Of a stretch of 59,907 nucleotides of DNA, positions 53,579 through 59,907 are shown piece by piece. The notes beneath the pieces were generated by a model. That model searched no databases. It was not told where the DNA came from and was given only the letters and a program-made list of their open reading frames with translations. This DNA comes from Bacteroidota bacterium. Lineage in GTDB: Bacteria; Bacteroidota; Bacteroidia; Bacteroidales; FEN-979. The translations under genes were made by a program, and so were the position numbers. Numbering within the stretch: position 1 is the stretch's first letter; each line of letters starts with the position of its first letter. The DNA is taken from the NCBI GenBank assembly GCA_026391845.1, contig JAPLDG010000338.1, positions 1 to 59,907 of the forward strand. The letters are read 5' to 3'.

Positions 53579-54585
53579 AATTTCACGAACCGAAAAATCT
53601 TGCCTTGCTGAATGCCGGGATCATCACAGGGGCATATGCCGTCCTGTTTTTGCTCTCTGTCAGCATCATCTTTGAAAACGCCTTCTCGCATCTTTATACT
53701 TTCCTGGCGCTGGGTTTAAGCGCTGCGGTTATTTTCATCCTTGCCTATTCAATTTTCCTCCTTACCCTCGAAAAATTTATTTACAGCAAGATCCGGTTGA
53801 TTTACAAATCGATCCATTCGGTGAAGGTGGGGAAAAAAGGCCAGCCCTACCTTCAATCGGCAAATAACCTAATTGACAATGTTCAGAAAGAAGTAGAAAA
53901 CTGGGAAACTGAGAAGCAGCTGGAGATTGAACAACTCAAACGGATGGAGCAATATCGCCGCGATTTCATCGGGAATGTGTCGCATGAACTGAAAACACCG
54001 CTGTTCAACATTCAGGGCTATGTTTCCACCTTGCTTGACGGCGGATTGGAAGATCCCTCTGTAAACCGGGAATACCTGAAGCGAACCGAAAAGAGCATTG
54101 AAAGACTGGTTAAAATCCTGGAAGACCTGGATGAGATTTCACAGCTTGAATCGGGCCAGCTGAAATTGAAAATTACCCGGTTCGATGTCGTGGGCCTTAC
54201 CCGTGAAGTGGTGGAACTTCTGGAGATGAAAGCCCATAAACATGAAGTAGTTATCGCCTTAAACGATCCCGGAAAACCAATCCTGGTCGAGGCGGACAAG
54301 GATAAAATCAGTGAAAATGGCAGGACCAAGATCACCTTTTTCGACATGGATGAAAATATACTGACAGAAATTACAGACAACGGAATTGGAATTGACCCGC
54401 CTGAGCTGGTACGTGTTTTCGAGCGTTTTTACCGTACCGACCGGGGCAGGGTTGCCACAAAAAAAGGAAAAGGACTGGGGCTGGCCATTGTCAAGCACAT
54501 CATGGAATCGCACAAACAAACAATCAACGTGCGCAGCACGACAGGGGTTGGTACAACATTTGGGTTTACCCTGAAGAAGGTCTGA
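53575..54585 (+). CDS. Sensor histidine kinase (HisKA / HATPase_c) with the N-box missing
   Basis: Two TM segments. H-box SHELKTPL, G1 DNGIGI, F FERFYR, G2 GKGLGLAIV. The expected ..QVL.NL..NA.KY.. N-box between ADKDKIS and ENGRTKITF is absent. Confidence 0.85.
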   Translation: MKFHEPKNLALLNAGIITGAYAVLFLLSVSIIFENAFSHLYTFLALGLSAAVIFILAYSIFLLTLEKFIYSKIRLIYKSIHSVKVGKKGQPYLQSANNLIDNVQKEVENWETEKQLEIEQLKRMEQYRRDFIGNVSHELKTPLFNIQGYVSTLLDGGLEDPSVNREYLKRTEKSIERLVKILEDLDEISQLESGQLKLKITRFDVVGLTREVVELLEMKAHKHEVVIALNDPGKPILVEADKDKISENGRTKITFFDMDENILTEITDNGIGIDPPELVRVFERFYRTDRGRVATKKGKGLGLAIVKHIMESHKQTINVRSTTGVGTTFGFTLKKV

Positions 54586-54587
54586 TC

Positions 54588-55562
54588 TCAGGTGGTTCTC
54601 TCCGTGGTGAAAAGCACGAGTTGTTCAAGTGATTTCCGATATTCGTTTTCAGGGAATGTCTGAAGGATATCCAACGATTTCCGGCGATACTCAAGCATCT
54701 TTTCCCGGGCATAACTAATTCCGCCTCGCTCAGCGACCTTGTCAATCAGCCTGGAGACTTTTGCCGCATCGTCGTGGTGATTTTTCACGGTATTGATGAT
54801 CCAGCGTTTTTCCATAAAATCGGAGTGGTTCAGCAGGTAAATCAGGGGAAGGGTCATTTTCTGATCGCGGATGTCTGTTCCATTCGGCTTTCCGGTGGCA
54901 CTGTTGCGTTCATAATCAAACAGGTCATCCTTGATCTGGAAGGCAATACCAACATGTTCGCCAAAATCCCACATGGATTGGATCTGTTCCTTGGAAACAT
55001 CGGCGGAGGAAGCACCGCAAGCGCAGCAGGAGGCGATCAGGGAGGCAGTCTTCTTACGGATGATCTCGAAATATATGCTCTCCCGGATGTCGAGTTTCCT
55101 GGCTTTTTCAATCTGAAGCAATTCCCCTTCACTCATTTCACGTACCGCATTCGACACAATTTTCAGCAGTTTGAACTCATCCTGTTCCAGAGCCAGCAGC
55201 AATCCGGTTGATAACAAGTAATCCCCGACCAGGACGGCTATTTTATTTTTCCAGAGGGCATTCAGGGAAAAAAGACCTCGGCGCAGGTTCGAATCATCCA
55301 CCACATCATCGTGCACGAGTGTGGCGGTATGTAAAAGCTCGATGAGGGAGGCTGCCCTGAAAGTGCTTTCATTTATGCCACCGCAGAGTCCGGCCGACAG
55401 AAAAACAAACATCGGCCGTATTTGCTTGCCCTTGCGTTTAATGATATAACGGGTGATGGTATCGAGCAAAGGTACAGAGCTCTTCATCGATGCCCTGAAT
55501 TTTTCTTCAAAAGCTTCGATGTGTTCCGAAATGGGCGCTTTTATTTCGTTCAGCGATATCAA
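54588..55562 (-). CDS. ispB: Polyprenyl (octaprenyl-type) diphosphate synthase
   Basis: FARM motif LVHDDVVDDS and SARM motif KDDLFD. 324 aa. Confidence 0.85.
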   Translation of the reverse strand: MISLNEIKAPISEHIEAFEEKFRASMKSSVPLLDTITRYIIKRKGKQIRPMFVFLSAGLCGGINESTFRAASLIELLHTATLVHDDVVDDSNLRRGLFSLNALWKNKIAVLVGDYLLSTGLLLALEQDEFKLLKIVSNAVREMSEGELLQIEKARKLDIRESIYFEIIRKKTASLIASCCACGASSADVSKEQIQSMWDFGEHVGIAFQIKDDLFDYERNSATGKPNGTDIRDQKMTLPLIYLLNHSDFMEKRWIINTVKNHHDDAAKVSRLIDKVAERGGISYAREKMLEYRRKSLDILQTFPENEYRKSLEQLVLFTTERTT

Positions 55563-55610
55563 TGCATACGTAGATTGAATGTGTAAAAGTAAACATTTTC
55601 AGGAAATCAT

Positions 55611-55693
55611 ACCCCATCCCAATGGCCCCGGACTCTAAATAGGCAAATGGGGAGTAAGTCCCTCCCCGATTGAGGGGATTGCGGGAGGGATTA
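55611..55693. repeat. G/C-tract hairpin element in the ispB / radical-SAM divergent region
   Basis: ...GTCCCTCCCCGATTGAGGGGATTGCGGGAGGGATT. The core GGGAGGGATT also occurs at 20810-20819. Confidence 0.65.
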
Positions 55694-55750
55694 CGGAAAT
55701 TTAGGATATCCCGCCGAAAATGCACAATTTTGCACTTATATTTGCAACAA

Positions 55751-56530
55751 ATGTCTGGATTCTTGTTCAACGACGTCATTTTTGGCCCTGTCCGGAGCAG
55801 GCGGCTGGGATTATCCCTGGGAATAAATTTGCTCCCGCTTCACTCGAAATATTGTTCCTTCAACTGCATTTATTGTGAATGTGGATGGACCCCGCCCAAC
55901 CAGGCTGATCATCCCGAATTTCCCTCCCGTGCTGAGGTTCGTTTTTTCCTGGAACAACGGCTGCAACAGCTGGTCGTTGAAAATTATCTGCCCGATGCCC
56001 TTACCTATGCCGGCAACGGAGAGCCTACCTTACACCCGGAGTTTGCAGCAATCGTGGATGATACCCTTGGCCTGCGGAATAAATTTGCTCCTGATGCAAA
56101 AGTGACGGTGTTGTCAAATTCGAGCATGATCCATGTTCCATCCATTTTCCAGGCACTTCAGAAACTGGATCATAACATCCTCAAACTCGACGCCGGATCC
56201 GAAAAAATGTTCAACCTGATCAACAATCCGGTGACGCCGGTTCAATTTGCCGGCTTGATCGAAAATTTAAAATTGTTCCGGGGAAATCTCATGATCCAAA
56301 GCATGTTTCTGCGAGGGAATTTCAAAGGTCAGACGGTTGACAACACGACCAAAGAAGAGGTTGATGCATGGATTGGACATTTGGTGGAAATAAATCCCAA
56401 ACTCGTGATGATCTATCCGATTGCACGCGCTACGCCGGTGCATAACCTTGAAAAGATCGACCTGCAGGAGCTGGAAGAGATTGGGGTTAAGGCACAGCAA
56501 GCGGGGATAAAAGTTCAGGTATATCAATAG
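55751..56530 (+). CDS. Radical SAM protein
   Basis: CSFNCIYCECG is a CxxxCxxC cluster motif, preceded by GPV.SRRLG.SLGINL. Start placed at MSGFLF (55751). The specific function is not recognisable. Confidence 0.75.
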   Translation: MSGFLFNDVIFGPVRSRRLGLSLGINLLPLHSKYCSFNCIYCECGWTPPNQADHPEFPSRAEVRFFLEQRLQQLVVENYLPDALTYAGNGEPTLHPEFAAIVDDTLGLRNKFAPDAKVTVLSNSSMIHVPSIFQALQKLDHNILKLDAGSEKMFNLINNPVTPVQFAGLIENLKLFRGNLMIQSMFLRGNFKGQTVDNTTKEEVDAWIGHLVEINPKLVMIYPIARATPVHNLEKIDLQELEEIGVKAQQAGIKVQVYQ

Positions 56531-56555
56531 CCATTAACACGTTACAATTTCAGAT

Positions 56556-56960
56556 TTGGAAAAGTTATATTATCCTGCAAAAATCTGGCTGGCTTTTGGC
56601 GAGGCGGTGAATGGCAACCAGGAGGTTACCGGATGGCTGATGAAAAACGGTTTTCCGGAAGTTGCTGCTTTGGCCCATGCGATCAGGGGCAGCGAGGAGG
56701 CAACCGCATGGCTCTTTAAGAATAAATTCTTTCATCTTGCCGCGCTGGATGCTGCCATTGATGAAAATGTGCAGGCATATCAGTGGTTAAACACAAACAA
56801 CCACTTGCTTCTGGTTGTATTTGCCGATGCATGCCGGGGGAAACAACCGGCCATCAACTGGTTTTATGAAAACCATATGGAGGCTTTCGTGCTGATCGCA
56901 AAAAGAATCAAGGATTTACGTGATAATACTACTTTTGATTATCACAAGAAGAAATTTTAG
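56556..56960 (+). CDS. Hypothetical helical-repeat protein (TTG start)
   Basis: Four roughly 24-aa repeats of the type (E/Q)(A/V)..WL.KN.F..LAAL..AI. No family recognised. Confidence 0.4.
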   Translation: MEKLYYPAKIWLAFGEAVNGNQEVTGWLMKNGFPEVAALAHAIRGSEEATAWLFKNKFFHLAALDAAIDENVQAYQWLNTNNHLLLVVFADACRGKQPAINWFYENHMEAFVLIAKRIKDLRDNTTFDYHKKKF

Positions 56961-56963
56961 CTG

Positions 56964-59639
56964 CTACCCACACTTGGAATAGCCGCAGCTTTTACAAACC
57001 AGGCAACCTTCCTGGTAAACCAGGCCATTTTGATCGCCGCATTTCGGGCAGGCATGTTCTGCCGCTTTGGTGCCATCGGGAATGAATTTCTTCAGTGCAC
57101 GCTCAATCCCGTTTTTCCAGGTGTTGATGGAGTCAACCTCAAAGTGCAGCTTGGAAATGATATTGACCACAAATGGCAGCGGCATGCCGTGGCGTAAAAT
57201 TCCCGAAATCAGTTTTGCATAGTTCCAGTACTCCTTGTTAAAAGACCGGGACAATCCTTCGATCGTGATTTTGTAACCCTGCCGATCTTCAAACTGGAAG
57301 TCATACCGCGATCCGACACCATCGGGTCTTGTTTTCACAATCCATCCCTTCTGAACCCAGGTTGGAATCCAGAAATCTTCTGCAACCCCCGTGAAAATTT
57401 CATATGGCCTGCCATTCAAAATGCCCACCACGGCAATCCATTTTTCGTGATCATTCTGAAAACGAACGATCTCGGATTCCAAACGGTCGGGACGATGCGG
57501 GGCAGTAGTTTCAACGAATTCATTGGCTTTGTCCTTCTTTTTCTTATCCTTGGAGTCGCTGTTTACCAATACACCGGAGCGGGATCCGTCGCGATACACG
57601 GTCATTCCCTTGCATCCTACTTTCCAGGCTGTTTCGTAAATGGTGCTGATCATCTCCTCTTTGGCATCATTCGGTACATTGACGGTAACACTGATGGAAT
57701 GGTCAACCCATTTCTGCACGGATCCCTGCATTTTCACCTTGGCAACCCAGTCCACATCATTGGCGGTGGCTTTGTAGAATGGTGATTGCTTGATAACTCC
57801 TTTCAGCTCTTTTTCAGGCATGTGCGACACTTCCTCAACATCGAACCCATTCACGGTCAGCCAGGTTATAAAATTGTGATGGAACACATGGTACTCTTCC
57901 CAGGTATCGCCCACTTCATCTTTAAAGGTGATCTTAACATTTTTATCATTGGGGTTTACCTTTCGGCGACGCTTGTAATTCACAGCAAAAACCGGTTCAA
58001 GTCCGGAAGTGGTTTGTGTCAGGATGCTCACTGAACCTGTCGGGGCGATGGTAAGCATAGCGATGTTGCGTCGCCCATGTATTGACATATCAGAATAGAC
58101 ATCAGGCGCTGCATCTTTCAACCGTTGGATGAAGGGGTTGCCCAGTTCACGCTGGGTATCATAAATCGGAAATGGTCCGCGTTCTTTGGCCATGGTAACG
58201 GAGGAGCGATATGCCTCAATTGCCAGAATTTTATGTACTTCAACCGAAAAATCCGTAGCATCGTCTGATCCATAGCGGGTACCCAGGGCAGCAAGCATAT
58301 CGCCTTCAGCAGTAATACCGAAACCTGTTCTGCGTCCCTGGATGGCTTTCTTCTTGATATTCAGCCACATATTTCTTTCCCTGACTTTGACCTCCTCCCC
58401 TTCCGGGTCCTTTTCAATTTTTGCCAGGATGCGATCGATTTTCTCGAGTTCAAGATCGATGATATCATCCATGATACGCTGGGCTTTGTGAACATGGGAA
58501 ATAAAAAGCCCGGAATCGAAACTTGCCTCAGGTGTAAATGGCTTGTCAACATAATTGTACAGGTTGATTGCCAGAAGCCGGCAACTGTCATAGGTACAAA
58601 GTGGAATTTCGCCGCAAGGATTGGTTGAGACCGTCCGGAAACCCAGATCGGAGTAACAATCGGGAATAGATTCGCGGATAATGGTATCCCAAAACAGGAT
58701 GCCGGGTTCAGCCGATTTCCATGCATTGTGAACAATCTTATTCCATAGTTCACGGGCTTTCATGGGTTTTTTAACCGCCGGAGTCATGGAATCGACCGGG
58801 AACCGTTGAATAAACTCCGTGTCATTTATCACGGCTTGCATGAACTCATCCGTAAGTTTCACGGAAATATTTGCCCCTGTTACTTTTCCTGCTTCAAGTT
58901 TTGCGTCGATGAAATGCTCTGCATCCGGATGATTCACTGAAATACTGAGCATCAATGCGCCCCTGCGGCCCTCCTGAGCTACCTCGCGTGTTGAATTTGA
59001 ATACCTCTCCATGAACGGAACGATCCCGGTTGATGTGAGTGCACTGTTTTTCACCTCGCTGTTTTTCGGGCGAATGTGCGACAGGTCATGACCCACTCCT
59101 CCCCTGCGTTTCATCAGCTGAACCTGTTCTTCATCCGTTTTCATGATGGCGCCATAGGACTCGGAAGCTCCATCATTGCCGATTACAAAGCAGTTTGACA
59201 GGGAGCCGATCTGAAAATCGTTTCCAATACCAGCCATGGGACTGCCTTGCGGAACGATGTATTTAAAATTCCGCATGAGATCGAAGAGTTCATCCTCGCT
59301 CATCGGATTGGGGTATTTCTTTTCGATGCGGGCAATTTCACGGGCAATCCGTCGGTGCATATCATCCGGAGTCAATTCAAAGAGGTGGCCTTCTGAATTT
59401 TTCAGGGCATATTTATTTGCCCAGACATTTGCGGCCAGACTGTCGCCCTTGAAATACTCCGTTGATTTTTCAATAACCTCGGTGAACGAATATATTTTTC
59501 GTGCACTTTCATCTGTTTTGACTTCTTTCATTTCCAATGCTTCAATCGTAATTTTCGGACGGATTCTTTTTGACAGTACTTCGTTGTAATAGTCTGTTTT
59601 ATGATCCGTTTCCGTGTTTACCGGCGTTATTTTTTCCAT
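56964..59639 (-). CDS. nrdJ: Class II (adenosylcobalamin-dependent) ribonucleotide reductase with a C-terminal zinc ribbon
   Basis: RNR barrel motifs (SNPCGEIPL with the catalytic Cys, TIAPTGS). 891 aa, with no adjacent beta subunit. C-terminal CPKCG...CLVCKSCGYSKCG. Confidence 0.85.
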   Translation of the reverse strand: MEKITPVNTETDHKTDYYNEVLSKRIRPKITIEALEMKEVKTDESARKIYSFTEVIEKSTEYFKGDSLAANVWANKYALKNSEGHLFELTPDDMHRRIAREIARIEKKYPNPMSEDELFDLMRNFKYIVPQGSPMAGIGNDFQIGSLSNCFVIGNDGASESYGAIMKTDEEQVQLMKRRGGVGHDLSHIRPKNSEVKNSALTSTGIVPFMERYSNSTREVAQEGRRGALMLSISVNHPDAEHFIDAKLEAGKVTGANISVKLTDEFMQAVINDTEFIQRFPVDSMTPAVKKPMKARELWNKIVHNAWKSAEPGILFWDTIIRESIPDCYSDLGFRTVSTNPCGEIPLCTYDSCRLLAINLYNYVDKPFTPEASFDSGLFISHVHKAQRIMDDIIDLELEKIDRILAKIEKDPEGEEVKVRERNMWLNIKKKAIQGRRTGFGITAEGDMLAALGTRYGSDDATDFSVEVHKILAIEAYRSSVTMAKERGPFPIYDTQRELGNPFIQRLKDAAPDVYSDMSIHGRRNIAMLTIAPTGSVSILTQTTSGLEPVFAVNYKRRRKVNPNDKNVKITFKDEVGDTWEEYHVFHHNFITWLTVNGFDVEEVSHMPEKELKGVIKQSPFYKATANDVDWVAKVKMQGSVQKWVDHSISVTVNVPNDAKEEMISTIYETAWKVGCKGMTVYRDGSRSGVLVNSDSKDKKKKDKANEFVETTAPHRPDRLESEIVRFQNDHEKWIAVVGILNGRPYEIFTGVAEDFWIPTWVQKGWIVKTRPDGVGSRYDFQFEDRQGYKITIEGLSRSFNKEYWNYAKLISGILRHGMPLPFVVNIISKLHFEVDSINTWKNGIERALKKFIPDGTKAAEHACPKCGDQNGLVYQEGCLVCKSCGYSKCG

Positions 59640-59907
59640 GCATGAACAGGATTAACTGCTATGTTCTGATTTTGTTAACTAATTGTTCTTACGAACGTTC
59701 CAATAAAAAGTCGGGAGAATAATTGATGCAGCAAGATACGACGAACAACCCGTTCAGGTAAATATAGTTATTAACACAAGGCTGGTTGAAAACAGTAACC
59801 TGCTGAATTCAAAAAACATATACTTTGATAATTCAGCAAAGGGTCATTTCAGGTGGATTTTTACGACCCCTCCGCCATCCAGATCAGTTTTTTTCCAAAA
59901 CCAAGCC

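Noticed and set aside
59640-59907. Cobalamin riboswitch or NrdR boxes in the nrdJ leader. A hairpin GCTGAATT...AATTCAGC lies at 59802-59837, and there are TATAT-centred near-palindromes.
   Set aside because: I see no B12-box-like core. The two TATAT-centred sites are about 56 bp apart, not the usual ~31-32 bp, and they match the NrdR consensus only weakly. The window also ends within the leader.

Overview
This 59.9-kb chromosomal window most likely comes from an anaerobic member of the Bacteroidota. The lineage call rests on five ORFs that end in type IX secretion (T9SS) C-terminal sorting domains, on TAnnTTTG-type -7 boxes upstream of several genes, and on OmpA, SPOR and TonB-C envelope proteins.

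Gene content, left to right:
- A class III Fic protein and an OmpA-family protein.
- A tightly packed minus-strand operon: ygfK-like Fe-S flavoprotein, two fold-type-II PLP enzymes, an XdhD/Mop-like [2Fe-2S] molybdo-hydroxylase and a pirin. It diverges from a Bacillus-type guanine deaminase.
- Two giant T9SS surface proteins (1191 and 1726 aa) built from cohesin-like, Ig-like, Kelch, beta-helix and dockerin-like modules.
- A NarL-type two-component system whose kinase carries a large beta-propeller / FG-GAP / ASPIC ectodomain.
- A heparinase II/III-like protein.
- hypFCDEAB, convergent with a membrane-bound group-1-type [NiFe] hydrogenase (small subunit, large subunit, cytochrome b, maturation protease).
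- Three head-to-tail 454-aa T9SS-cargo paralogues.
- Housekeeping genes: tRNA-Arg(CCG), fbaA, ruvB, queG, ubiX, ispB and class II RNR nrdJ. Also two tandem-USP proteins, a SPOR protein and an OmpR-type two-component system.

I saw no rRNA, CRISPR array, transposase, integrase or phage genes.

Most interesting observations:
1. The indel-free triplicated array of 29-residue-repeat T9SS proteins (39744-43878). I cannot assign it to a named family.
2. A non-canonical ygfK/xdhD purine-type operon with two PLP enzymes and a pirin.
3. A family of G/C-tract hairpin and G-quadruplex-type elements, one copy inserted in frame inside ygfK.
4. Inverted arrays of a 10-bp repeat in a divergent promoter region (28646-28776).
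5. A histidine kinase that lacks its N-box.

Caveat: three separate single-base homopolymer problems (Fic start, pirin, hypF start) suggest the assembly carries homopolymer indel errors.

Everything here is by-eye motif recognition from the sequence. No searches were run.
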